The notes below the pieces were generated by a model. It was not told where the DNA came from and searched no databases. It worked only from the letters and a program-made list of their open reading frames with translations. The translations under genes and the position numbers were made by a program. Below are positions 12,715 to 25,954 of a stretch of DNA of 64,000 nt, piece by piece (positions within the stretch are counted from its first letter, which is position 1; each line of letters opens with the position of its first letter). The DNA comes from Lingula anatina (taxonomy: Eukaryota > Animalia > Brachiopoda). The stretch is from positions 10,726,001 through 10,790,000 of the forward strand of contig CM120641.1 in the NCBI GenBank assembly GCA_051362555.1. The letters run 5' to 3'.

Positions 12715-12929
12715 ATATCAAATGCCTACAGGACACCACCTCGAAAAAGAAAGACAGGAAGGCCCAAGAGCACCTGGCGCCGAACAGTGATGGCAGAGCT
12801 GAGAGAGGGGGACCTTACATGGGGACAGGCCCAGCACGTAGCCAGAGACAGGGCCAAATGGAAAGAAGTGACTGTGGCCTTATGTCCCACACGGGACGAA
12901 GAGCATTGATGATGATGATATCAAATGCC
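12715..12929 (+). mobile_element. 5'-truncated RTE-clade LINE insertion with 12-bp target-site duplication
   Basis: Encodes RTPPRKRKTGRPKSTWRRTVMAELREGDLTWGQAQHVARDRAKWKEVTVALCPTRDEEH*, the typical RTE ORF C-terminus, then a (TGA)n tail. Identical ATATCAAATGCC at 12715-12726 and 12918-12929. Confidence 0.92.
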
Positions 12930-13258
12930 ACATGGTCTGATTTTCATTTTTCAAACCAATTCCGCTCTCTGAATATTCTGCTCGCTAACGGTAAAAAAAT
13001 AAAGATTTATCTATCCGTCTCAGCGTTCTGGTTGAATAATATCAACACAAATACCTTTTACAGTATTTTTTACTATATCCAAACTTGTTTTCGTACCCGG
13101 TGCAGCTTAGCACTGAATCGGACAAGAGCATGGCAGAAGTAATTGCTTTTTGGCCAGCATTATCAGACCACCAACTGCTACGTACGCAGTCATCTCCACA
13201 AATAGAATCTGCGCTCACAGTATGTACACAGTTCGAGCTGGAACAGCAAGAGGATACG

Positions 13259-14213
13259 ATGGAACTCCCAAATCTTTCCTTCATTTTGGCGACTGCGATC
13301 TTGCTTGTTCCAGTCTGGAGTCAAGAACAGATGTGTCCATCAGGCTGTCACTGTACATTTAATGACACGAGGGTGAAGGTTGTTTGCAAGTCTATGGAGG
13401 AAGATCATTTGCCTAGCTTTTCCAGTTTGGCTAACAAGCGCGTCGACAGTTTGATATTTGAAACGAGTCATTTCGATATGTTACAGGCTGGTGCATTCAG
13501 GGATTTAGATATCGGTATCATTGCTTTTGTGCGTTGCCGATTAAAAGAAGTCACTAAATATCTCTTTTCAGGCGTTAAAGGTAAGTCTTTTGCATTTTTT
13601 TACTAGAAAAACTATGAGGTCTGTCTGAAGGAAAAATAACATTAAGGTTTTCTTTCGCATTCAGGGGATAACAAAACGATAGTATAGTAACGATAGTATA
13701 GTATACAATCTTTTGAAAATAATTTCGGGGCGTGCTTAGTACATAAATTCGCCATTGTTGCTAGGAGTCGAATTCCGCACGTTTACCCGCAGGTGTCTTA
13801 AACATTCAAGTAAAGTACTGCCAATACCCCACAATGAATTGCACATTCCGCTGGCTGTGCAAACAGCGTTGGGAAAACAAGTAAAAAGAGCACAGCCAAT
13901 TTTTGATGGATGTGAAACTTTCCCGTGAACCTGTTTAACCCAAGACATGCGTTCACTGTAAGGGAAGAGCTCCTAGGGAATTTTCATAGGATTTAATTTT
14001 GGGCATTTTATCTAGACAAGTGATCAATAAATCTACAGATGGCACCGTTATCGTTACATTTATCTTCGCAAATGGTTAATGAAGTGACAGATAGCGTTGT
14101 TTTATTATAATTTCTTGTAAGTTGACATTATTCCATTTCAACATTTTATCCCTCGGGGGGTGGGGGGTGCGTAAGGTGAAAAAAGGGGTTAACGCACAGA
14201 AAATAATGTTCCA

Positions 14214-14264
<51 letters not shown>

Positions 14265-15557
14265 GCAAGGATTTATCTTCAAAACTGTCGGAGAGATGTA
14301 ATAATAACCAATTTTTAAAAAAGTACAGATTTACGAAAATCTCTTGTGACTTTAAATTTATTTTACCTACTCCTTTTAGCATTTTATAATAAATATGATA
14401 AATCATGCCAGAGTAGGTTTTTTACAGTTTGCTTTCTGGTCAAAGTTCCTTCATCCATTTAGAACGGAAGCACGCTTAATTGTTTGATGTTTGATAAAAA
14501 ATGTTGATTGGTGCATTGCTATTTAACATGATAAATTATAACACTTATATTTTACCAATATTTTGAATTAATGTTTAGCGTCTTTTTCCAATTTAACATA
14601 TTGATTAAATTTTAATATATTTGCTCATGAATGTGCATCTATTCTATAGGAGTAACCCAAGTCGTATTCAGTGGGTGTGGCTTGAGCGTGGTTCCTGGAG
14701 AAGCCCTGAAGGTGCTAGAGCCAGGTTTGGTTCACTTGGATTTAAGAGGAAACAACATTCGAAATATATCTTCTTCAGACCTTCCCTCCGGTTTAAAATC
14801 GCTGCGACTTGATGGAAACAGTTTTCTTCGACTATCTCAGAGCAGTTTCTCAGCTGTTGGAGACTCGCTGGAAACCCTTTATTTGGATGCGATGGGGCTG
14901 GACGAAATACCAACCGATGCACTCCAACCTCTTGGAAAATTGCGCAAATTGAACATAGAGAGAAACCAGTTGACTGAAATCACTGCAGAATCTCTACGAG
15001 GTATCCGTACCTCCAGTAAAACATTGACTCTGAAGTTAGGCTTCAATCAGATCGGAAAAATCAGCGAAAGTGCTTTTGATGGACTTTTAAGTGGTAATAG
15101 TAGACTATGGATAAATGTGGGACTCATTGGTAATCGAATCAGCGATCTTAATTTTGTCGAAGGACTTGGTTGCAAACTGCGTCGTGTAAGGTTTTATCTT
15201 CCAAACAACACTCTGGAATGTGATTGTCACGTCTACAACATCACAAAAGCCATTCCTAGTTTGATATCTAGCAATACAATGTGCGCCAGACCACCTATGT
15301 TCAAGGACATGCGACTGGGACCTTGGATGCCCAAAGATACCGATGGCGTTCATTTCATCGATGGAGGTCGATCACAATGTGGAACAGGCAATGAGACAGA
15401 GTCAAAAATGTATGACTGTGATTGCGACCTTTGGATCGACTCCTCACAGTTTGATCGCATGGCAGGAAAGTGTAAAACAAGTTTTGCTCTGCCTCATTTT
15501 AGTCAATCTGTATTGGTGTTGTTCTTGCTGTCTGTTATGGCATATGTCATAGCATAG
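13259..15557 (+). CDS. Extracellular leucine-rich-repeat protein, 409 aa, probably GPI-anchored
   Basis: Exons 13259-13580 and 14650-15557 (phase 1, 1230 nt). Signal peptide MELPNLSFILATAILLVPVWS, LRRNT CPSGCHC, repeated LxxLxLxxN units, LRRCT NTLECDC...MCARP, and a hydrophobic C-terminus with no cytoplasmic tail. Confidence 0.9.
14215..14262 (+). repeat. Poly(A) tract in the LRR gene intron
   Basis: Run of about 48 A seen directly. Confidence 0.9.
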
Positions 15558-17027
15558 ATTTATGAAACCAAGAGGCTGTATATGAAGGATTTAGGGGGGA
15601 AGTATGCGGTTCTTTAAAGGTTACCATAGGTTTTGGAGTTTACTCACACTGTCCTCTATTCCAGGAGCCTGCATCTATGTTGGCCTACACTATATTTCTG
15701 AAAACCGCATTCCATAACCCTTCATTTACCATTCTTTTGTATTATTCAGCTTATTTTATAAGATTTTTGTTCCGATTTTCATGGACTATTGCTGAATTTA
15801 ACAAAAACACCATTCTGTGATTTCTCTGACAGTTTCTGCAACACTTTTCCAGTGGACAGGGACAGTGGTTTATTATGGTAACATAGAATCATATGGTAAC
15901 ATATTATGGAACTCCGTCCAATCACTTTTGCCGCTTAAATCACACTTGATTTTGCATGCTCCATTTTACTCAAAATATCGTGGTTTTCTGTAACTTCTGA
16001 TCTAATTTCTGTTTTAACTTTTGTTTAGATCTAAACTTACATAATGTCTTATTGTTGAAGACCAATTAATCATTTAAAACATTTAACTTTCAACTTTTGT
16101 ATATATAAATATCTATACCAATACCTATATTTATGTGTATACGAAACGAGTTAAGGATGACAGAGTCTGCACTTATAAAGTGAGGGGTGGAACTAAGCTG
16201 GACGTCACGAACATTTTAAAGGACAAAAATGGGTCAACATGTGTAGAAACCGTTTAGGAGTCAAATAATCTTAATATGCTATCTTTAAGTTTGCAAGTCG
16301 GATTTCCCAATGTCCCCTATACTTAAAACAAGATCAAACTGAAGGCTTGTCACGAATCTTGTATGTTACAAATAAAATATTTGATTTCTAAAATATCAAG
16401 ACTTTTTTATTTCTGCCATGCCATATAGTGGTGTGTTATAGTTAAGAAACATTGGCTTTGTTTTAACAATGGTCTATAGCACTGTTGCGCTCAAAGGATT
16501 GTGGTCGATGTGTGGGTCCAACTTGCCCCGAGTCAAGAGGCCAAGCGTTATCATTCAATGAAAACTTGCTTCGCGCTTTTTTTCCCTTTTTTGTCAAATT
16601 GTGATACATCTGGCATTACATGTATATTTGCTAAATAATGACATTGCATAAGCAGCTATAGGTTCATGGAGCTTGCATTTAACCTGGTTTTGTTGCTCTA
16701 ACTCATTCCCAATTCCCAATCTTACGGAATGATGTGATCACATTTTTTCCACTTGTTGCTTTGAATATCATACTCCAGTAAGTTGACGAGAGGCCAACTT
16801 CCAACTATCCCAAGTCTCCCCTAAGTGAGAATCTCCACTTACTTTTGTATGTAAGCCTTAAACTTTATAATATGCACATTTTACATGAATATAAATCGAG
16901 TTCAAGTAAAGTTTATTTAGTTATGATGATAGAATACTGAATAGTTCTGCAGTAGAGCACGTGTTTCGGATGCGCTGTGCAGAGCGCAACGCCTACAATG
17001 ACCTTGACATTGATTGAAGCTTGCATG

Positions 17028-20000
17028 ATGGCGGCGCCTTCGAAGAGGCGCGAAGTGGAATGCTGTGGTGCGTTTATAATAATTGCTTTGATAACATTTA
17101 AGAATGAAACATAGTTGATTCCGAAGGGGTTGTGATAGCTACCGTTAGTTGTTTCTTTATTTTGTTTTTTCGTAGATGATTGTTTGGTAATAATAATTGG
17201 CATGTCAATTAAGGTTGAACAGGGACTGAAAGGAAATTTTTAATGGAAAATCTTTGATATTTATATGGATTTCTTAATATTTCTCAGTATTAAGCAGATT
17301 GGTCGTTTTTGGCATTGTTAGGCCATTTCTATGCCACCTACAACAGAAATCTCGGGGGTGTATCGATAGTCTGAAGGTTCATTGGTCTGAAGTTTCATCG
17401 GTCCAAAAAATCGTAACATTTTCATCAGTTTTTTTGGTCCGAAGATTCTATAGTGAGCTTTTGGACCAATGAACCCTCAGACTATTGAACCTTCGGACTA
17501 TTCGATCCTAAGGCCCCGAAATCGGGGTCATGTCGATACTACCCCGCACCAATAATCCCCTTTAATAAATTTTTGTATTATGCGCATTGATACAACCCCA
17601 CACCAATAGATCCCCGCATCGATACATCCCCTGTAAAATTCCCAAAGTAGGCGCACCGTTACTCCCCCACACTGATACTTCCCCACATCATTGCTTCCCC
17701 GCATTGTTACTGTGGGTGAGTATTTGTGCGGGGATGTATCAGTGCGGGGGGGGGGGGGGGGGTATCGGTGCAGGGAAATATAGGGATGTAACCCCGAAAT
17801 CTCGGCAGTCACCTTGATTGGTTAGAAAACGATTGTCATAAAATCCCACATGATTTAAAAATCGTATGCATAAACTTTAAAACACATAAAGTGAACTTAG
17901 ACTGCTATACTAGTCTACCACAAAAAGAAAAAAACTATCGGTTTAAGTATTCAAAACAAATGTCATGAAATCTGCATAGGGTTCCATGGAGTCAATAAAA
18001 TAGAGTTTGCGAAACAAGAAAACTCCCCACATGCATTAAATATTCAAAATGAAATATAGACAGAATCAAATCACATTCAAACTAATTCCACTTTCACAAA
18101 ATGCCCTACACAAAATTGTCCCATTCATCGTTTGTAAAACAGGGACATTGGTAGAAATCCACGATAAGCGCTTACAAAGTCCTTGACGTTGAGAGAACAG
18201 AGTGGCTTTTTTTTTGTAGTTTTCAAGCAAAATTAAGAGGCATTTGGCATTTCTTTTGGTTATTTGAAAGTTTATGATGGAATTTGGTTGAGTTACGTGG
18301 TAATTTTTTTTGACTTAATATATAATTTAAGAGATTTGCCATTCCAAGTAGAATTTTGTGAATTTTAAAATGGTGTTCGAGTTATATGTATATTTTGTAA
18401 GTTTCTGTGAATTTCTGCTGATTCTCAATGTTCATGTTTGTTCGATATATAATTCTTGGAATTCATGTGCTGCATAAGATTTTTTCTGTTTTTTTTTCAC
18501 TTGATAAGATTTTAAAGATAATTTGAAATGCTATACTTTTCAGAATCTTCAGAAGCAGTTCCACTGAGTTCGCCTAAAACCTTGTTGACTCTGACTACAA
18601 AAATTGTTGCCAAAAATTATACTTGCAAGGAATTGCTGGCTGATGGACTGGTGTTAGATGAGATATTGTTGAAAAATGTAATTTTTTGTGATTGTGACAT
18701 CTTCCTCTGGAATTACCACTCATACTAGATTTACCTAGAATTGTGATGTGAATTTTAGATTCAAATTAGTTGGAATTGGCTCTATCTGACAAGTGACAAT
18801 TGCTCCTAAATCTTGGCTTGAAAAGTATCTTGTTTAGGATATTGAATCTTTTAGCAAGGATTTTGAACATAATTAATTTTATGTAATATATATTGTATCA
18901 GTAACTTGAAATTAAACACAAAGAGTGACAGAAAGGTAGTCCATTTAGCAAGTGAAAAAATTAAATGAAACTTGCTGAGTTTCTTATTGCTTATTGGTTC
19001 TGAACTCTATTTATTTTCTCTTTGTAAAAAGATTGCCAAAGAAGCATTTCCATGTGATGAGAAGGTATTTGAATTGTATGCAAAGCTGGCCACAGATGAA
19101 AATACAGTTGCTAAAGACAGAGGTATTGGAGAATTGGAGTTCCCTGATTTAACAGACAATACCTGGAGTGGTGCCCAAAGGATATTGAGTAAAAAGGAAA
19201 CTTTTATAAGAGAAGCAATTCAAGTGGGTAAGTAAAGTAGAAGACTGGTATTTCATATGTGCAAATTGTTCATTAAAATCCAACAAATTGAAATAGGCCG
19301 TTATGATTTTCTTTATTGAATTTGATTTGGATTTTGCTAGAGTTTTGCAGTTGGCATGGTGTTAATGAACTGGGTGTGTTAGGCAACAATGATAAAGCTT
19401 TTGATGCATGCTATTTGCAGGGTTCTTGTATACAGCTGTGGTCATATCCGTGGATTCAATGCAAGTGCCAGAGGTTTCCTTTCCATTTTTGCCCGTCAGA
19501 ACAGAAAGCTGTGTGAAAAGAAGCCGAGTGTCCATCAACTTTGAAAAGCAGACTGTTGTTTCTGTAAATTGTAGTGCTTGTCGCTTGGTATGGTGTCGTC
19601 ACGTTATAGCAGCCATATTGTTTCGCATTCGCTTTCCTGAGAAGGTAATTTCTGAAAATGAGGATGATTAAGCCTTTTTTCATTAAATCATATTCAATTT
19701 TGATCATCATTGGTATCCAGAGACTAAAGTGTTCCACTATTGGACAAAGGCCATGGTATGCTTCTTCTAGTGTATTCTGTCTTGGGCTTTGGATTTCCAA
19801 TTTTTTTTTTTTTTTTGCCAGTACTTGTGTAACTCTTTCCTCCATCTTTTACTAGGTTTCCTTGCCATCAATCATCAGCATGCAAATTGATTTACTGTCT
19901 GTTGAAATATCATGCAATGAATTCTTAAAGTTATTGTAAATATAATCAGGATTTTTTATGTTTTAAGGTACAGTGTCATGCACCTCTGACTGAGACCTTA

Positions 20001-23000
20001 CTGAATCTGAACAGAGAACAGCTTCAGAAAGTGATACAGTACACAGTACAGTCAGATCCAGCGTCTACACTTTTTAAAGTGTTTCAGCATATGGGTAAAT
20101 AATATACCACTTATAAGAATATGTGACGGCTCTTTTTTTCTCATTCTAGTAAATTATGTTGCCATATTTTGGACAAGTTGTCAAAGAAATACCAATTTTG
20201 TGTCTTTAAAACACCTTGTCTAGTCAAAGCTTTAAGGTACACAGTATACATTTCAATAACATTGAATAAAGGGTTGTATGTAAATTTCAGATGAGATGTA
20301 TGAATCCACATCTGAGATCAACCAAACATGCGGGGCTCCTGATCCCACCTTTGTACCCCAATTAGAGGGTGACATATTGACTCTGCAGACGCTAGAAAAA
20401 CTGAAAAGAAATGTTATTTCCAAGCTGAAGGTGTCCGCTGGGCTTTGGAAATACAGATTGCTTCCCGAGTAAGTTTCACTGTGTAACATAACTGGCTGTC
20501 TTGTTGATTATATATATATATTTATATTTATATATATTGCTTTAATGACAAATTTTATTTAATTTGGTATTTTACCCAGAGTTTCCATATTGCACTTTTG
20601 TATTGCACCTGACTTAACAGACATCTGTTTGGTTGATTTGGATTACCATTTTCCAAGTTCACAGTTCACACATGGGCTTGAAATAAGTTATTAAAAATAT
20701 GATAGCTTATATCATGGCATTGTTATTGTACCACCAGCGCGACACTACAGTATCATAAGAGAAGCAGCCATTAGATACCGAAACTGAAAACTCTAATTCT
20801 GGAACCAAAAGTGCTAGAGACCTATTGTTTGTTGCATTTTGTAGAGCTTTTCAAGAGCAATACTGGGAATGTTGTCTGTTTTTATATAGACTTTTTTCTG
20901 CGTAATGTCTGAACATTTGAGTTTTGCCACCTTGTTTCCTGTATGATGTCTGTATATTTGTCAGCTTTGCTGTCTAGTTGTGTTTTCCATGCAGATGCGC
21001 TTACTCCAGCTGGTGGTACAATATCTGGAGGCTGTATCGCCTTTGATTCTTTAGTTTTGAAATATGCTTATTTGTTGGAAGGAGCATGGCTGCTAGATAC
21101 GATCCAGAATGCCTCCTGCTGAGTGACTTGAAGGAACATATTCACCAAGTAGAAGACCTATTGAAAACTGGAGCAACATTATTAGCAACTAAACTGCTCA
21201 TTCTCCTCACAGAGGCGGTGTTTGAAGGTATGTTTGAATAGTTAATTTTGGTATTTTAGAGTATATTTAAAAAACATCTTTTTGTGATGTTTTAAATTTT
21301 TTTGAAATTGAAGATACTGTAAAGTATTGTGATTTAGTGATAAAACCAAAATGTATTTAAAGGGATAATAACTCTTCGTTTTGGCCAAAAAATGAATTTT
21401 CCTGGAGTAAACAACAATTTTCCCATGCTTACCAGTGGTTAATGAATCCATTTTTAAATTCAAAGTTAGTCCCTGGTTTTTTTCTAAAAAGTTTGGTTTT
21501 TTGTTAAAATCTCTTAAGAGATTATAACAGAGTATAGCCATCAATGGAGGTCACGTGATCTGAAGACAAGCTCAGATATCAGAATAATAGCTATAACTGC
21601 TGTTTTCGTCGTAAAGCAGAATATATTATATTTCTATGAGTTATTCACAATGTTTTTATTGTGAAATATAGATTTCATACGAAGAGTTATTATCCCTTTA
21701 ACTAATGATTATATGATATTTACAGTGGCTGAAGACCCTTCAGTTACAGAGAACAAACTGCTAGTACATTTATGCTACAAGATGGAAGAGCTGTTTTCTG
21801 TAGCAGTTATGCTCCCAAACAATGAGCAAAAGCATGATCTTGTAATTGCTGCAAAAGAATTTAGGAGGTACATACATCAGCACAACCTTTTTTCTCCTAA
21901 TATTTATACTTTTATATTATACTTACCCTTTTGATACCTTTTTTAAGTGCATTATAATATTCAATTTTGCGTGCTACATTCTCCTTTTCAGTAGGTAAGT
22001 TATCATAAAGAATTGATATATATATATAAACATGCAAGTTGTGGAAAAGTTTTATTGCTTCATCAGAAAAAAATTTAACTAATTGAGTTTATACTCTTTG
22101 AGTTGGTTAATTTTTTTAAACCAGTGAGCCTAAAAAAATTTTAAGGTAGTACCATGAAATAATATCTTTCTTTAAAGGCGTGGGAAGAATGCTCCAATCT
22201 TAAAGATAAGAAGAATGGACTGGAATCAGGTTCCTGGTTTGGACATTCCTGTGGCATTGGCACAAGAAGAGCCATCATTACTGTTTACTGATACTCTACA
22301 GGCTGCAACGCTGAACTGGGATGTCAAAGGTCTCCAAGATGTTTTGGATGGAAAGGCTAGTTACAGGTACTTCCTTTTTGAGTATGAACAGAATCGGCCT
22401 GATTGGTGTACATTTATGGTAATGATTCTCTTTTTTTTTTTTTTTTTGCACAATTTTGGTGATCCTTGCCTCATATTTAAGTGACAAACTGTATTTTTGT
22501 TTTCCTTTTTTTGCTGAGTGGCTTTGTTTGGTAAAAAGGTTTGTTGCTTCTGAAAATCTGCAGGATCGGATAACAATTACAGTAATTTTTTTTTATTTTT
22601 GCACAATTTTGGCAATTGATGGTTGCCTCCATAAGTACCAAACAATATTTTTGTTTTAGATTAAATTTATTGAATGGCTTTGTTTATAAAGTGACCTGTT
22701 GCTATCTACATTGGCTATGTGCTAGCAATCCATTTATTTGAATTATTTGTTTAATGATGTGAAATAAAGAAAATCTTTCTAAAGTTTTTTTTCCAAAGAA
22801 GTAAATGTCTTTTTCTACCTAAGACGCATGGCCTTGTTTAAATGTTGCAATGAAGTTTTTTTTTATGTTTAGTGTCTGTATATTGGTCAGCTTTGCTGTC
22901 TAGTTTTGTAACATCAGAGTAACACCTTAGTGAAAGAAAGGACTGTCACTTGAACATTTTACATGTGTTATTGTTTGAAAGGTGCTGATTAAGGAATGAT

Positions 23001-24768
23001 GATTAGCATTTGTAATTTTCTACTAATTAAGTGACCTATTTATTATCCATTTAGAGACACGGTCTATGAAGAACCTATCCCTGTTGTGATGTTAAGGATA
23101 AAGACTTTGTTTCTGATTGGTTCTACTGACCAGGCAGAGAGGCTATCTCAAATGGGGATACAAATGCTTTTGGAGATCTCGAACAAGGTACATGTGGGTT
23201 GTAAGCTAGAGTACAATGGCCTGAATATCCCATAACCTATGCTTTATTGAGCACCTGATATTCAATTGTTTTTATGCTTTATGTTGTTATCTTTTAATTT
23301 TGTTTTTTTTTACCAATAATTGCAGTATTCAACATAATGCAAAGCAATGCAAAGACAATTTTGTTATGATACACACATAAGTTTTATAGATAATTTTTCA
23401 CCTTTTGCTTAAGGAACAAAATATTATAGCAGTAATTATGTGTAAACTAGAATATTGTCTGCAAAGGTTTTTGCAGCTATAGCTAGGTGACTTGGGTATC
23501 TTATCAGTACTATGCAATTTTATATTTGTTAGTATTCCATTATCCCAACGGACTCTCAGCAAAATTTCATACAGCCCCAAAACACTGATGTGAAACGAGT
23601 GACAAGATCTATGATGAAGAATGCTGCCTCAGGGAAAAGGACTAAAGCAAGTAAGCTAGGTTATCTTTCTATATGATGGTGACTAAATAATTATGGTAGT
23701 TTAAGAATTTAAATAGGAGGTGGAGTTGCTTTATTGTTTTAGTTGTAACGGAAAAGAAACTAGGACAGAGTGCTTTGGGTACATTTTTGGTAAACATTTC
23801 ATTTTTTTTTTTTTTTTTTGTAATTGATGAATGAATAGTTTTCTCTCTTTCATTTTCAGGATTGACTGTCACCAAAAATAACAGAAAATCTTACAAACAG
23901 GGGAGTATGCTCTCATCTTCTCTGGGTCCAATGCAGATTGTACCTTGCCTTCTTAATCTCTGTGAGGGTATTAAAGAACTTGCCCTTGAACATGAGACAG
24001 AGCAGAGCAGTTGGTTTCTCATTTGCCATGCCTTTTTGAGAGTATTAGATCTTGCACGCTACATGACCAGAATAATTAGCAGCTTTAGCTATGGCAGAAG
24101 CATACATATGCAGAAGTTGGATAACTTCCTTCTCTGGAACTGCCCTGTGATGGCAGAAATTGCAGCAAAGGCCACTGACAGCATTCTGTCTTGTGACATG
24201 AGGTGCTGGACCCCTGTTTGTCCACTGTATCTGGTACAGTTCCTGGTGGAAGTTGCAAAGGAAAATCCTCAAAATTATCTCACAGATGTAGAAGAAAGGA
24301 GATTGAAGGTGGTCCAACTATGCCAACAGGTGTTGTGCTATGACAACCTCCTAGAAAAGCAAGGGAGCAGGGATGAAGAAAGCATTTTGGACATGATTGC
24401 CCATGCATTTAGAGATGGATTGAGAGTACATCAGAAAAGAGAGCAAGAGTGGCTTAAAGAAGTGAGTTTGTGGTAAACGCAACCCATATAAAGTAACACA
24501 ACATGTTTTTGATTTTTAAATCATGGCCTTTTTGATATGCATAAAGAGAAGTAAGGATTTATTTATACACATGATATTTTGATATGTCCATTTTTTATTA
24601 AAACCTGGGGTTTACCTTTGCTTAAAATGCTGGTCAAATTAAGAAAAGGGCACAGTCAGATTATCCCCATTCTAATTTGGTCTTTTAGACCGAGTAATAT
24701 TTAAATGATAACTTCTTTTGAGTTAAACCTTAAGGGGATTGCTTATGACCATGAAGTGCATGTCGGTG

Positions 24769-24805
<37 letters not shown>

Positions 24806-25954
24806 CATTATTATTATTATTATTATTATTATAAGGAGCAGATTTTCTAAGCTCATAGTAATTTTTTCTTGTAGGTACTTCATCAGTGCAGTAGCTACAC
24901 AAACATAAGGGCATTGCACACTGTTCTTGAGGCACTGGGAGATGCAGAGCATAGAGGTTCCCTGCTTCAGGCAGACCTTGTGATGGATTACCTGATGGCA
25001 GCCAAAATATACTTGAAGATGGCAGGGGAGAAAAAGAACACCATACTCAACTCTTCCTTCATAATTGGCAATATTTATGATCTTGTTTTCCGTATGGGTA
25101 TCCCTTCTCTGTCTATATTTGTAGAGGGGTGGCAGAAGTATACTTCCTCCAATTTCATCATCAGATTGCTCCTTGCTGTGTACAGTGAAGTAGTGATCCT
25201 ACAATATGTCCCACAGGAAGCGTTTCAACTACTGCTAGATGCCTTGAAACATAAAGGCGAGGTCATCAAAGACTTTGTCAAGTTATTGAAAGGTTGGCTT
25301 TTCACTCCTGCACAGACCAAGAGATTGATGGATGCCATTATGAAGAATGCTGAGTACATCCATCCTGGGGCCATGTTTCAGCTTCTTAGAGAGCAGCAAA
25401 GCACAATGGGTGAGGACAGAACTGGCAAGCCAAAGAATTCCACATTCAAACTTGCTGTAGCTGTCCTTAGATCAGTCGGGGCACATCCAATGATCTATGA
25501 GATGGTGGATCCAAATCTGACTGACATGGACTGGCTGATTTCTGTTTGTCTGGCAGGAAAAGTTGAAGACTTAGACAAGAGAAATTACTATGGTCAGTTC
25601 ATTGCTGCAGTGGAGAAGAACTGTTCAGCTTTACCGCAAGTTATTTTGAAACTTCTGTCACACCTTCTGAAGTTCCCAAGACTTATCAAACACTGCGATT
25701 CTCTTTCTGATGCTCTTATTCCAGGTTGTAAAGCATACCTTGAAAAGCACCTCAGGTCAAGTGGTAAATCACAATCTTCATATGAGGAAGTTGTAGAGAA
25801 GATGAAACAGATGCGGGATGCTTGTGGGGAATTTGTTACAAATGGCAGCCAGCAGTTTGATGCCGAAGTCATCCCTTTTGTTCTAAATGCATTCCGGAAC
25901 AAGAAAAAGTTATGCCAAATGATCTCCATGCAGTTTTATGGAGAGTCATTGTAA
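17028..25954 (+). CDS. Divergent SWIM zinc-finger protein of the ZSWIM4/5/6/8 family, about 1088 aa
   Basis: 13 phase-consistent exons: 17028-17067, 18544-18677, 19032-19227, 19421-19644, 19968-20094, 20291-20468, 21082-21227, 21726-21867, 22178-22366, 23055-23187, 23575-23650, 23860-24461, 24875-25954 (3267 nt). Family landmarks: BC-box-like PKTLLTLTTKIVAK, AFP, finger CSACRLVWCRHVIAAILFRIR, APLTETLLNLNREQLQKVIQY, INQTCGAPDPT and C-terminal FRNKKKL. Exon 1 is the least certain. Confidence 0.85.
17346..17805. mobile_element. Two adjacent foldback/MITE elements in intron 1 of the ZSWIM-like gene
   Basis: Element 1 (about 17356-17517): ATAGTCTGAAGGTTCATTGGTC... is inverted against GACCAATGAACCCTCAGACTAT. 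Element 2 (about 17525-17795): CCCCGCACCRATAC-type subrepeats in inverted arrangement. GAAATCTCGG flanks the pair at 17346-17355 and 17796-17805. Confidence 0.72.
24772..24831 (+). repeat. (TTA)n microsatellite
   Basis: About 20 near-perfect TTA units in the last intron of the ZSWIM-like gene. Confidence 0.95.

Noticed and set aside
13085-13258. N-terminal extension of the LRR protein from the ORF-track start or ATG 13130
   Set aside because: The signal peptide starts at ATG 13259. The upstream sequence is not signal-like and is better read as 5' UTR.
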